From the IMG/VR virus record IMGVR_UViG_2974563859_000001: a stretch of DNA of 64,000 nucleotides; one strand, written 5' to 3'. Source of the stretch: a virus (Duplodnaviria > Heunggongvirae > Uroviricota > Caudoviricetes). The notes below the pieces were generated by a model. The model was given only the letters and a program-made list of their open reading frames with translations, had not been told where the DNA came from and searched no databases. Below are positions 37,789-48,958 of the stretch, one piece after another (the first letter of the stretch is position 1; every line of letters starts with the position of its first letter). A program made the translations under genes and the position numbers.

Positions 37789-38837
37789 CCATTACCTTCA
37801 TATAGGTTCGCTACACCTATACCGTTCTCTTATGAACTGCTCTATGTTACCATAGAGATGAGACTATATCTTTATCTAGTCAAAAAAAAAGAAAGGAGAT
37901 GACTAGATATCTCCCATTTCCATTTAAGGGATTCTCACCCACTCCAATCGCTTGAGCCGTACTCCTATTGTGTGTTAACCACTAAAGGATAGTCGTTGAA
38001 CGTTACTCTCGTTATAATTAAAAATAATTTATAAAACCGTTTTTCTCAGCAATTTCTTTTCTAAAAGTAATTGCTAGTTCTTTAGCTTTTTCAAAACCAT
38101 ATTTATTAACTGCAAATGTTTTAATAAATTTTTTATGATTAACACGGATTTCAGATTCCCATCTATTTTTCTTTTTAGAATATCTTATTCCTTTAATTCC
38201 AGAAGTATTATCGTTTCTTAGTGATGTATTTCTATTATTCATCATTTGAGAAACCTCACGCAAATTACTTTTTCTATTATTTAAACTATTTCTATCTATA
38301 TGATCAATTACATTATTATTATCTTTAATATCCATTAGGTATCTATGAAGCTTTCCACCTGAATTACTTGAAATATAAAATGAATTATTTCTTTTAGACC
38401 AGATAGCTCTCCAAACATGCTTATTTATTTTATCAATATCTTCAATATCAATTTGAGATTTTACGATACCATATGTTTTTGAAAAAGTAACTAATAATGC
38501 ATGATCATCTAATACTTCAATAAAATTATATGCTCTTTTTCCTTCTTTTAATGTTTTCATAGCTATACGCTCACTATAATCTCCATATAAAACTTCTGAA
38601 TAATGTGCAAGGGAATTTGATTTCTTTTCTTTATTATAGAAACTTACTCTCCATAATTTTTGTTCTTTTAGATATATTATTTTATTTTTTTCCATAATAG
38701 TAGCTCTCCTTTTTAACTTACTACTATTATAATATATATTTAACGAGAGTCTTCGATACGGATTGTCCTATTATTAGGAGTTTCCCGTAGTTAGAGAGAT
38801 TTTATCATTATATATCACTATATAAGGGGGCAGTTTA
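37789..38837 (-). mobile_element. group I intron with HNH-AP2 homing endonuclease (38018..38695) inserted in a stem-loop
   Basis: Stem ctctcgtt/aacgagag flanks the ORF. The td-like 3' core lies at 37789-38010. Confidence 0.5.
38018..38695 (-). CDS. HNH homing endonuclease with C-terminal AP2 DNA-binding domain
   Basis: IDHIDRNSLNNRKSNLREVS (HNH) and GIRYSKKKNRWESEIRVNHKK (AP2). RBS aaggagagc. Promoter-like motif on the minus strand at 38728-38741. Confidence 0.7.
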   Translation of the reverse strand: MEKNKIIYLKEQKLWRVSFYNKEKKSNSLAHYSEVLYGDYSERIAMKTLKEGKRAYNFIEVLDDHALLVTFSKTYGIVKSQIDIEDIDKINKHVWRAIWSKRNNSFYISSNSGGKLHRYLMDIKDNNNVIDHIDRNSLNNRKSNLREVSQMMNNRNTSLRNDNTSGIKGIRYSKKKNRWESEIRVNHKKFIKTFAVNKYGFEKAKELAITFRKEIAEKNGFINYF

Positions 38838-38852
38838 ATTCACCCCAACTTT
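38838..38852 (-). CDS. RNA polymerase beta gene, proposed 15-nt micro-exon (KVGVN)
   Basis: Lies between a td-like intron 3' end (...ggaagataatG) and the next intron, which starts taa after an exon T. It restores the conserved (I/V)GL(I/V)N segment. Confidence 0.35.
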
Positions 38853-39187
38853 CATTATCTTCCACTAGATTCGCTACATCTAATGCGTTCTCTTATGAAC
38901 TGCTTCATGTTACCATGAAGATGAGACTATATCATCATCCTATTAGGATGCCTCCCATTTCCAACTCCAATCGCTTGAGTTGTACTCTACTCCCTTCCTT
39001 CTAACTAGCGTTATCACAACGATCTGTTAGAGTGGTTTCGATAGTCGTTGAACCTTACTCTAATGAGTCTTGGATGCTGATTGTCCTTAAAGGATTTTCC
39101 AGCAGTTAAAGAGGTTTACTTATAATATTTCTATTATAAGGGACTATTATAAATCTTGTCTGGGAATTCAAGAATTATAATAATTCA
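38853..39187 (-). mobile_element. group I intron (td-like, no ORF)
   Basis: Complete core: ctttaactgctgg, caacgactatcg, gatatagtctca and the tail gtagcgaatctagtgg. Confidence 0.5.
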
Positions 39188-39265
39188 ATCCGAGTCGGGT
39201 GTTGACATTGCCATGATTCCACGCATACTAGGGTCATAAGCCCGAATATCAGTTGTATAAGCATC
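39188..39265 (-). CDS. RNA polymerase beta gene, proposed 78-nt micro-exon (DAYTTDIRAYDPSMRGIMAMSTPDSD)
   Basis: STPDS matches the universal ETPEG motif. Flanked by a td-like 3' end (...gaaggaaaacG) and a 5' exon-T|tga junction. Confidence 0.45.
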
Positions 39266-39649
39266 CGTTTTCCTTCATATAGGTTCGCTACACCTATACC
39301 GTTCCTTAGAACTGCTCTAAGTTTCCCTAGAGACGAGACTATATCATCACTTAAAAGTGCCTCCCATTTCCAGCCTCAATCGCTTAGACTGTACTCTACT
39401 CCCTTCCACTAACTAGCATTATTGTAATGATCTGTTAGAGTGGTTTCGATAGTCGTTGAACCTTTACCTTATTACAAATAATTTGTAACTTAGGTACTTG
39501 GTTGCTTATGATTACCCAATCCTTTAAATTTTTACCATACCTGAATTGTTATATTCAGCCATCTATTATGTTTCCATATAGATTTGGTATTAAAGGCTCT
39601 AAGGGTTTTCCAGCAGTTAAAGAGGTTTTAATTGGACTAAAACACTTTA
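39266..39649 (-). mobile_element. group I intron (td-like, no ORF)
   Basis: Begins taaagtgttttaGTCCAATtaaaacctctttaactgctgg. IGS gtccaa pairs the exon end ttggaT. Confidence 0.55.
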
Positions 39650-42445
39650 ATCCAAGTTCCTTCCTGAAAGCCCCTTGTAAGTAGCCGCACCACCCTTTTC
39701 AATTTCCAAAGAAGGGTTAAGGACACTATATTCATCGACAGTAGGTGAATTCATTAATGTCTTTAATAGAATATCCTGTGGAACAGACATCTTAATAGGA
39801 TTACCAGCTTTCAGTGTATCCTTATACGTTTTAAATGAATCTGCCAAGATTTTATACAAGTAGGCGTTTACTTGCTCAGTACCACGGATTCGATATGAAT
39901 TCATATCATTCAGTGGACTATAGCTCATATCTTCCAATAAGGTATTCGCATACAACAATATGTCATAGATATTCTCAGGTAATTCTAACTGTTTCAGTAC
40001 ATCTAATGTGATAGGATCAACCATTAGAGATAGAGTATTATGGAGACCTTTACCCATATTTCTGCTACCAAACATCTCATAGAAAGTTTCAATATAAGGA
40101 TCTTTAGAGTTCATTTCTTCAAATGTATACTCTTCAGTAGCCATAGTACTTAGACCACTTAATAATAAGGAATTTCTCAATAAAGAATTATTATAATATA
40201 GGTATCCATCTTTAAAACGGATCTTATCATAGTCATCATCAATTGTAATTCTCTTATTCTTAGTATCAAAGCTATATTCAATATTATATCTTTCTAATAA
40301 ATCTTCTAATCCTAATTCATATCCAAGAAGAACCACTAAAGGAATCATTCTATTATTAATACGAACTCGGTTATATGCTAGAGACTTAGAATTACTTAAA
40401 GAAGATAATTTTTTATAAGCTTCCTCACTAAGTGAAGTAACAACAACTTTAATAATGAGTTCTGAAAGACTCATATCAGTATTTTCTTGTTTCTTATTAT
40501 TAATCAGATAAACTCTTTTACTTGAACGCTTAAGAGCAATAACATTTTCATTATCTTTTGTATGACCGATTGGTAAGAATTGTTTATCATCAATATTAAT
40601 CTTAGCAAGCTTAGCCATATTATCAAGATCACTTTTCAATAAATCTTCTACTTCTTTTTGACTGAACATAAGTTTATATTCATCATTCTCTAAGCTTAGA
40701 AGGAAGGAAGAGATTTCATTATATTCAAGAGTTGTTTCATATCCCTCATTAATTGTTAGAGCGTTACCTAGACGATAATTAAACTTCTTACCTGATACTT
40801 TAAATTCATTTAGATCCATACCAAAAAGCTTCTTAAGTTTCTCAGTTTTATGAGATAGCTTAGAACCAAAGCGCATGACAAAAAACTTATTGTAGTTAGT
40901 AGTAATCTGAACTTCATCAGGTTTTGTTTTTACAATGGGTAAAGATAGAATTTGCTTAAGAATTAATTTTTTACCACCATTAATATTCATAAACCTACCA
41001 TCTCTGATAATAGGATAATCAAATTTAACAGTATGCTTTACATTACGATCATCTTGGAAAGTAACAGTGTAAGTTAATTTCTTTGATAAATCAGTAGATG
41101 TGTCTTCTGTTTTAATATCACTTACAAATAATTTAACATCGCTATCTCCATTAAATGATGAAAGAACTGCAACTAAGTCTTTTTTCATCTGTTTCTCAAA
41201 GTAGCTCATATCAAAATCTTTAAGATTTGAATATCTAGTTTCTTCTTGAATAACATTTGTATTGGTAATTGGCTTTCGGTCAATACTTGTTGATTTAAAA
41301 TCATCAATAATATCTTGAATATTAATATCATCAAGAGTAACTTGTTTTTGTTTTTCTTTTAGGCGTTCAAGAGTCTTTCTCTGTTTAATTTCATCTCCAC
41401 CAGTAGACTGAAGCTCTTTAAGAGTTGAAACATCAGCTTTTAATTCCTTACTGTTATTTAAGATATCAATGATTTCATCTTCACTTTTATCAAGAATATC
41501 TTCATCACTTGAATCAATAGCTTTTTCAATATCATCACCAATCTTATCAGTAACTTCAATTGCACTACTGGATAATTTTGTATTTCCATCAATTTGGAAA
41601 TTACTTAATAATTTTTCTTTAACTTTTTCAGATTTTTCTTTTACTAATGCATCTCTCTTGTTTTCTGTTTCTTGAGTTGCATCTTCTTTACCTAAAGGTT
41701 TTTCATCATTATTAGTCCTCTGATGATTTGCTGTTTTAATAAGAATATTTAATGCATTAAGGAATCTATTTGCAAGAAGATTAGAAAGTTCATCATTAAT
41801 ATTGAATTTAATAAATGTATTATTAACTGTAGTATAAAAAATAAAGTCTACATTCTTAAGCTCTTTCTTCTGTTCCTCTGTTAACAACTTTCTTTTAATT
41901 GCCATATAGATATAAGCAAAAGGTGTTCTTGCATTATTTAAGTCAAAGAATGATGGATCAAGAACATTGTCAGGAACAGGAATTGCTACTGCTTTATTCT
42001 CATATGATGCGCCCTCTTTAATTTTAGATATAAGAAACTCAAAATACATTTCAACTCGTTTTCTTCCACGAACTTTAATCTCTACTTCATTCTCAAGATG
42101 CTCATTTGTAATATCATAGATCAAGTTAAGATCATTATAATTAGTTAAAGCACGTTTAGTATAAATAATACTGGAGCATTTTGCTTTTACCTCATCATAA
42201 TATTTCTTTTGATCTACAATAATTCTTTTATTCTTTTGAACAGTATTGAATGCTCTTGGAATATATACTCCTCTAAAAAAAGAAGGACTGAATATATTAG
42301 AATTAATAAAATCAAATATTTCACTTTGATTATTTCCTGAAAAGAAAATCAAATTTGAATTACGGTCATTTTTCCTTTTTTTAATGGATGAAAGTTTTAT
42401 ATTAGAGTACACTCTCAATTCCTTGAGATTATCAAGATAAAACAA
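39650..42445 (-). CDS. RNA polymerase beta N-terminal gene, exon 1 (TTG start)
   Basis: Ends ...NPSLEIEKGGAATYKGLSGRNLD, matching [20 protein letters not shown]. RBS aaggaagtggg. Confidence 0.6.
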
Positions 42446-42502
42446 TTATACCCACTTCCTTTCTTAACAATATCTATTTGTTTACATAAGAAATTAAAAA
42501 TA

Positions 42503-42535
42503 AAAAGATAAGGTATTATCCTTATCTTTTTATTA
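42503..42535 (-). terminator. rho-independent terminator
   Basis: aaaagataagg-tatt-atccttatctttt. Confidence 0.5.
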
Positions 42536-42536
42536 T

Positions 42537-42806
42537 TTACTCTGTTATAGTTTCATTCAATTTATCTTTATTATAAATAGTAATAATATTATTATCTATA
42601 GTATCAGATTCATCTGAAAATGAAAATTCACTTTTTATATATCTAATTAAATCATCTTTATCTTTAAAATTTTCTTGAGTATAAGGATCAAATGGTTGGT
42701 AATAGAACTGTTGTCCACTAGGAATAAAGTAACCATCTGTAACCCATCTTCCATCTTTTTCTTGTCTGAGTATAAATTGCTTATCATGACTTTCCATAGT
42801 TGACAC
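42537..42806 (-). CDS. hypothetical protein
   Basis: 89 aa. Confidence 0.45.
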   Translation of the reverse strand: MSTMESHDKQFILRQEKDGRWVTDGYFIPSGQQFYYQPFDPYTQENFKDKDDLIRYIKSEFSFSDESDTIDNNIITIYNKDKLNETITE

Positions 42807-42808
42807 CC

Positions 42809-43390
42809 CTATACAGTTTTCGTTTCATATTCACTAGAAACCTTCAAGTTAATCAATACTTCGCTCTTATTTTTAAGAACTACTGTAATAACAAAATCAC
42901 CAAGAACTAATGGAGTTCCTTTGATCATTTCACTATCAGCATCATAATACAAACTTGAAGGCAATCCTTTAACCTGTTTAATAAGAGATACTTCACTTGT
43001 ATTTAATTTTACGGTTAGTGAATGTCCTGAAACTGCATTAATTGAAAAGTCTTGTAGACCATTTACAGAAGGTTTTAGGTAAATAGTATAGTCCATTTTA
43101 ACATCAATTGTTGATTTAAGTGAAGTTACATTAGTCAAAAATACTTTATCTTTTTTATTTTCTTTAACAATCAGATTGGAAAAACCACTTAATACAGGTT
43201 TATTAGAATTAAAATTACATAAAGTTGCTTGCGTTTTTCCTATAGAGTCAGTAATATTTCTAACATAAAAGGTATTTGTTATTATATGGTTATCAGGATT
43301 ATTTAAATCCGTAATTTTTCCATCTTTAACATTAAGTTCATTTTTTATTTTAAAACCATTTAAATAAGTTAATCTAGTTTTAACAATCAC
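42809..43390 (-). CDS. putative virion structural protein
   Basis: Lies in a structural gene cluster; beta-rich composition. Confidence 0.4.
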   Translation of the reverse strand: MIVKTRLTYLNGFKIKNELNVKDGKITDLNNPDNHIITNTFYVRNITDSIGKTQATLCNFNSNKPVLSGFSNLIVKENKKDKVFLTNVTSLKSTIDVKMDYTIYLKPSVNGLQDFSINAVSGHSLTVKLNTSEVSLIKQVKGLPSSLYYDADSEMIKGTPLVLGDFVITVVLKNKSEVLINLKVSSEYETKTV

Positions 43391-43395
43391 TTTAC

Positions 43396-45357
43396 TTAAC
43401 TCCCTTCATAAGAAGTATAAGTAGAAATGGCTCCTGAACCAGTTATTATAATTGGTACTCTCGTAGGTGATGTTGAGCTTGTAGAAACATTATATGATTT
43501 ATCTTGACTATCTCTAAATATTGCATTTCCTTCAAGCATTAATTTAATCTCTGTTTCTTTTAATTGTCCTGTCATATCTCTTGCCTCGACTAATATTGCA
43601 CTTTCAATATTTTGATCCACATAGGTAATATCTGTATCTTCGAAACTAACTGAGACATCAACTGACAAGAAAGGACTAATCATTTCTAAATTAGCACCTT
43701 CTTTATTTCTTATAAACCAAACTCTTTCTAAATCATCAATGCCTATAGATCTAATTGGATCAGTAATATTCTCAATCAATGAAAATCTCTTTGTAGTGGA
43801 ATCAGTAGTATATACCCAAAAACCATTATTTTTAACAATAACAATAAATTGATCACCTAGAGGGAAAATTGCCTTAACGCCATCCAAATGAATATCTTTG
43901 AATGGTAGAGAATCTTTTAAAGTTAAATTTAATTCAGTATCATCAAATTCTAAAAGATGAATTGGGAACTCTTTTGTTTTATAGGTATCTGCAAGATATG
44001 ATGCATTTAATGAACCAGATCTTGGGTTTGAAACTGATGCTCTTTTATAATAGTTAATCCAATCGGTATAAAAGATTTCATTTAAATGCGAGAATACATT
44101 TCCAATATATAGGTATTTAGTATTATTAACAGTGATTGAACCAATTTGAATTGAGTAAAGATTTAAACCATAATCTTGATAATTGTAAAGTGTTTTTAAA
44201 TCTAATCCGTTAATACTAAGATTTGTCACCGTACCTACTTTTCCATTAGGAATATCTATAGGTAACTTACATAAAGAACTGCTTGAACCAGTTATATATT
44301 CCATTTGTAAATAATATAAACAGCTTTCTTTAGAATCAAAATATGGTATTTGTCTAGCAAATGTGGAATATCCTGTTGTTGATCCAGCATGAATATTTTT
44401 ACTGAATAAAACCGTTTCAACTAATGTTGGTGAAATCTTCTTTACTAGCAATCTTGTTTTTGGACCAGACATTGTATATGTTGTACCATCTTCTTTTGTT
44501 ATAGTTTCATTATTAAAAATATAACCTTGTGTTAAAATAATTAAACTGCCATTAGAAGTTTTACCTAGAATATTTAAAATTTCTTCTCCATTTAAAGTGT
44601 AACTTTTAGTTAAGTTTAAGTTTTTATCAAAAAGTAGAATACTATCATTTAAATTAACGGTATTATATGCTGTTGATGTTGAAGCTAAACTGTATTGATT
44701 AAGAGCAGCGGCAGAATAAGTGCAATTGGAATAGTAGTTTCCATTCACTATTACATTAGAAGAACTTCTATTTAGTTCAAAATACTCTTTTCCGTATAAA
44801 TCAATTTTAGCATTTTCACCATTAGCTGGAGGAGAACTAGTACTTCCAATATTATTTATCCCAAATCCTCCATAATTTATCATATTTCTAACAACAATGA
44901 ATGAGCTTTCATCTAGTTTAACTAATGATGTTTTTCCTAATCCATTCGAAAATCTATAAGTATTTAAAATTTTTCCATACTTATATTGATAGATAGCAGT
45001 TGCTGTATTTCCAGAACTTTCTGATACTCTAATTTCCGTACCATCATTAAACGAAATTGAATTTTGAAAAATGGTTTCATCTTTGCGATATGGTATACGT
45101 CCTCCTACAAAAGCTGTTCTACCATCATAATTTATACTATGAGTTCTTGTTCTAGTATTAATATTATTTGCATTATATGGGGCAGAATAACTAAAGTATG
45201 GTGATCTTGCAACTTTCTCTTCTTGTAAAGAATTTTTATTATACGTCTTTCCATTAATTAAAATTGTATTACTCTCTTCCTGAAACAAAGGAAAAGAAGT
45301 AAAATTATCTCTTGTAATTGAGAAATTTCCTTGACCAATTGAATAAATTACACTCAT
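43396..45357 (-). CDS. putative tail fibre / baseplate protein
   Basis: 653 aa, rich in Ser/Thr/Asn/Gly. Confidence 0.4.
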   Translation of the reverse strand: MSVIYSIGQGNFSITRDNFTSFPLFQEESNTILINGKTYNKNSLQEEKVARSPYFSYSAPYNANNINTRTRTHSINYDGRTAFVGGRIPYRKDETIFQNSISFNDGTEIRVSESSGNTATAIYQYKYGKILNTYRFSNGLGKTSLVKLDESSFIVVRNMINYGGFGINNIGSTSSPPANGENAKIDLYGKEYFELNRSSSNVIVNGNYYSNCTYSAAALNQYSLASTSTAYNTVNLNDSILLFDKNLNLTKSYTLNGEEILNILGKTSNGSLIILTQGYIFNNETITKEDGTTYTMSGPKTRLLVKKISPTLVETVLFSKNIHAGSTTGYSTFARQIPYFDSKESCLYYLQMEYITGSSSSLCKLPIDIPNGKVGTVTNLSINGLDLKTLYNYQDYGLNLYSIQIGSITVNNTKYLYIGNVFSHLNEIFYTDWINYYKRASVSNPRSGSLNASYLADTYKTKEFPIHLLEFDDTELNLTLKDSLPFKDIHLDGVKAIFPLGDQFIVIVKNNGFWVYTTDSTTKRFSLIENITDPIRSIGIDDLERVWFIRNKEGANLEMISPFLSVDVSVSFEDTDITYVDQNIESAILVEARDMTGQLKETEIKLMLEGNAIFRDSQDKSYNVSTSSTSPTRVPIIITGSGAISTYTSYEGS

Positions 45358-45368
45358 AAATATCCTCC

Positions 45369-45761
45369 TTAGATACTTTTAATAGAATAAGTTAATGTAC
45401 AGTTTCCTCCTATAGAAATGACAAGATCACTTCTTTGTGAAGAAAATGCCATTACTTTTCCTGCATCTATATTTCCTTCATGTAATACCGAACCTAATGA
45501 TGTAATCTTAAAAGGAATAGCTATAGAATTTTTGTTTTTAATATTAATACTACAGCTTATTACAGATGTTCCCCCAATCGTATTTAATATATTAGACATA
45601 TTAAATATTTCAGTTAAATTTGTTATATTAGTAAAATCTTTAGTCTCACTTTTTGAGTTTACTGATAGGGAATTCTTTTGTAAGCTAAGAATATCTTCCT
45701 TAATAGTGTTACCAATGATACCCTTTATTTGATTCTGATTAATCAATAAGTTCACCTCCAC
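45369..45761 (-). CDS. putative virion structural protein
   Basis: 130 aa. Confidence 0.35.
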   Translation of the reverse strand: MEVNLLINQNQIKGIIGNTIKEDILSLQKNSLSVNSKSETKDFTNITNLTEIFNMSNILNTIGGTSVISCSINIKNKNSIAIPFKITSLGSVLHEGNIDAGKVMAFSSQRSDLVISIGGNCTLTYSIKSI

Positions 45762-45800
45762 TCTAAATAATTGTTTTTAATTTAGTAAAAATATAAAAAA

Positions 45801-45830
45801 TAAGCATACCCTTTTTTAGAGGTATGCTTA
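45801..45830 (-). terminator. rho-independent terminator downstream of the endolysin gene
   Basis: aagcatacc/ggtatgctt stem with a T-run on the minus strand. Confidence 0.55.
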
Positions 45831-45843
45831 TCTTGTTTCCCAA

Positions 45844-47016
45844 TTATTTGACTCTTAATTTTTGCCCTACATAGATTTTATTAACATCAACTAATTTATT
45901 CCATGATTTAATTTGATCAATTGAAGAGCCAAATTTCTTAGCAATAGCTGATACATTATCTCCTGCTTTTACAGTATAATACTGTACAGATGATTTAGTG
46001 GAACTACCACTAGTAGGAATTTTAAGTGTTTGTCCTACAGAAATTTTATTTGGATCTTTAATTCCGTTAGCTGATGCGATAGCATTAACTGTAGAGCCAA
46101 ATTTCTTAGCAATAGCAGTTAAATTATCTCCTGCTTTTACTTTATAAGTTGTAGAAGAACTAGATGTCTTAGTAGAACTTACTGATTTAGAATTACCGCT
46201 AAGTTTAAGAACTTGACCTACATAGATTTTATTTGGATCTTTAATTCTATTAATACTTTGAAGAGTAGAAACAGAAACTCCAAATTTACTAGCAATTTTG
46301 GAAAGAACATCACCTTTTTGCACTGTGTACGTACCAGAAGGTTTACTTTCTTTTTTAGGTGCTGACACTGTAACTGGTTTTACAGCAGATTCTGTTTTAA
46401 CAACTTTTTTAACTCCACCAGTAAACCAAGTAAGTGATTTATCACCATTTAGTAAATTCATGTCAAGAGTACCGTTATACCATGATACTTTCCCATATTC
46501 GGTATATTGCCAGATGCAACAAGGGAAATCTGGTTTTTTATTAGCTGTACCATCATTACGACCATAACGAGGAATCCATAAGAAATCAGCATCAACTTTA
46601 TTCAGTCCATAAGACATATAAAGATTGTGAGATACATAATAACCAGTCTTATAACCAGCTTTTCTACAAGTATCAATAAATGCTTGTGAAGCTTCTCTAA
46701 GATTAGCAGTTCCGCAAGATGCAACTGTATCATCCTCAACATCAAGAGCTAGAAATTTAGCATCTTTATCAATACGGCTTAAGAAATCATTTGCTTCAAT
46801 AATAGCATCTTTAACTGATACATAGTGTCCATAAGCATAATGACCAAAAGGAATGCCATATTTCTTACAATTAGCCACATGATTTTTGTATTCTCGGTCA
46901 ATAGTCTTTGAACCATATTGAACACGAATAATCATAAGATCTACTTCTTTAGCCGCTCTTGCCCAATCAATTGCACTTGAAGGTTGGTGGTGAGAAATAT
47001 CAATAATGTAACCCAT
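45844..47016 (-). CDS. endolysin: GH25 muramidase with three C-terminal LysM repeats
   Basis: [11 protein letters not shown]...IDW (GH25 start). Three copies of Y.V..GD.L..IA.KFG.....L...N.I.DPNKI.VGQ.L. Confidence 0.85.
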   Translation of the reverse strand: MGYIIDISHHQPSSAIDWARAAKEVDLMIIRVQYGSKTIDREYKNHVANCKKYGIPFGHYAYGHYVSVKDAIIEANDFLSRIDKDAKFLALDVEDDTVASCGTANLREASQAFIDTCRKAGYKTGYYVSHNLYMSYGLNKVDADFLWIPRYGRNDGTANKKPDFPCCIWQYTEYGKVSWYNGTLDMNLLNGDKSLTWFTGGVKKVVKTESAVKPVTVSAPKKESKPSGTYTVQKGDVLSKIASKFGVSVSTLQSINRIKDPNKIYVGQVLKLSGNSKSVSSTKTSSSSTTYKVKAGDNLTAIAKKFGSTVNAIASANGIKDPNKISVGQTLKIPTSGSSTKSSVQYYTVKAGDNVSAIAKKFGSSIDQIKSWNKLVDVNKIYVGQKLRVK

Positions 47017-47081
47017 ATATAAAAGTTCCTCCTTTAATTAAGATTAATAAAATGTTACTTTAATAATGCGATAAAATAATA

Positions 47082-48854
47082 TTAGACATCTATAGGTATA
47101 TTATTAATCTGTCTATCGTCTTCAAGCATCCAAGGCTTACCTTCATATAGACTATTAGCTAAAGTAGTACTCTTAGATGATGTTGAGACTAATGGTGCTG
47201 ACATAGATGCACTTTCTGTTGCCGCATATGCCTGTAGATCATTTATTAATACTTTTTCAGTGTTTACTAAATTTAATCCACGTCCACCTGAAATGTTGGT
47301 TGTAATATAAATACGTTCAAATCGATGACCCATACCACCTGTTATTTGGATCGGTACAATATATTTAGATTCTAATACTTTAATATCCTTCATAAATAAA
47401 CGATATTTTGTTGCCACTCCAAGTATACTTAAATTCTTAGATTTTTTGACAGTAATATTATCAAATAGAACTTGACTTTCTGCATCGAAATCTATACCAT
47501 AAGATTGGTTTTCAATGTCATTAAAATCTACAAGAATATTCAAAAAGTTCACTTCTGATGATCTAATTCGAATTCCTGAATAGCATCCTATTGCATGGAA
47601 ATCTTTAATTCGAATACTTGTTGATCTAAAAATATCTAAACCTCTTGTTGATGAGTTATAAGCCTCATTTCCTATTAAAGAAATATTTGAAGAGGTATCA
47701 ATTGAGAAAGCAATTCCATTTTCATTCATTACTTTATTACCTGAAATGGTTACATTGTCAGCATAATATGCAACTATGCCAACTGCAGATTCATGCATCT
47801 CATCAATTATATTACCAATAATATTAACACCTTTTCCTCGTGCATCAATACCTTTATTAAATCCTTTGATTGTATTTCCAATAATCAAGGAATTATTACA
47901 TTTTTGAGAGGATGATACACCATCTCCTTGAATGGCAGTATTTTTACCATCAGTACGAACCATTGTATTATTAGAAATAAGTGTATCAGTACCACTTCCA
48001 TAATTAATTACATGGTCAGACTGATTGTTTACAATACGTACACCATAACCATTGAAGTTACTTACTGAAGCATTTATATTCCCTATAAATGTACATCCTT
48101 CAATAAGTACATCTCTAATTTCCTCATAGTCAATAGAACCTTCTCCATAACCTTCAATATCAATACCAAAACGAGGGGCACAACCATCATCAGCACCAGC
48201 TTTAGTAATTATACAATCCTTAATTCTAACTACTTCTGCCGCTGTAACTGAAATATTATTACGTCTATTATTGGAAATAAAACATTTCTCAATATGAATA
48301 TTATAACAATAATGGTATTCTGATCCTGTATAGTTAAGTAATCCTTTAGCACCAAGAAAAATTCCATCACCTGTAAAATCCATGATTTTTAGTTTTTCAA
48401 CATAGCCATCATGAGAACCATGAAAGTAAATACCATAACCCCATTCATGAGTTTTCTTGTTTCCATCTTTTCCTTGAAAACTATAATCATGATCATAACG
48501 TTCTCCGACTAAGTAACCTCCTCCTGAAAATGAAACATTTTTCTCACTAGGGGCTACATAGAATAAAGTATAGCCATAAGAATCATTAGGTGCTACTTTT
48601 AATGTAGTATCAGGGGTGATTTCAATTTCTATATTTCCCGGAACACGAATTCCAGCACCAATTTCAGGACTTGTTGTTGTATTACTTACTCCATTAATCA
48701 TATAGGTTCCTTTAGGTAATGTTACTTTATAGTAACCCTCTGATTTTGCATACTCAATAGCTTTAATAAAACCATCTTTGTTAACAGTAGCATTAACAGG
48801 ATCTGTACCTTCAACAATTCCCCATTGTGTTGGATCGATTACATAACTATTCAA
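47082..48854 (-). CDS. right-handed beta-helix (pectate-lyase-like) tail spike / depolymerase
   Basis: Repeated NN...I.. / GI..... beta-helix turns. Confidence 0.5.
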   Translation of the reverse strand: MNSYVIDPTQWGIVEGTDPVNATVNKDGFIKAIEYAKSEGYYKVTLPKGTYMINGVSNTTTSPEIGAGIRVPGNIEIEITPDTTLKVAPNDSYGYTLFYVAPSEKNVSFSGGGYLVGERYDHDYSFQGKDGNKKTHEWGYGIYFHGSHDGYVEKLKIMDFTGDGIFLGAKGLLNYTGSEYHYCYNIHIEKCFISNNRRNNISVTAAEVVRIKDCIITKAGADDGCAPRFGIDIEGYGEGSIDYEEIRDVLIEGCTFIGNINASVSNFNGYGVRIVNNQSDHVINYGSGTDTLISNNTMVRTDGKNTAIQGDGVSSSQKCNNSLIIGNTIKGFNKGIDARGKGVNIIGNIIDEMHESAVGIVAYYADNVTISGNKVMNENGIAFSIDTSSNISLIGNEAYNSSTRGLDIFRSTSIRIKDFHAIGCYSGIRIRSSEVNFLNILVDFNDIENQSYGIDFDAESQVLFDNITVKKSKNLSILGVATKYRLFMKDIKVLESKYIVPIQITGGMGHRFERIYITTNISGGRGLNLVNTEKVLINDLQAYAATESASMSAPLVSTSSKSTTLANSLYEGKPWMLEDDRQINNIPIDV

Positions 48855-48958
48855 TCTTATTCCCCCAATATTTATTTAAAAATTAATGTGATAAATAGAA
48901 GATTAATAGATTAAATATACTTAGTGGTGTTAAAAATATCAACACCACTATGGATTTA

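Noticed and set aside
5420-39640. Repeated blocks of about 70-300 nt (tcgctac..ctcttatgaactgctct..gagactatatc..gatagtcgttgaacc..ttttccagcagttaaag) considered as a possible CRISPR array or MITE family
   Set aside because: The blocks differ in spacing. They are the conserved P3-P9 core of homologous group I introns on the minus strand. Each one abuts an exon of an RNA polymerase gene.
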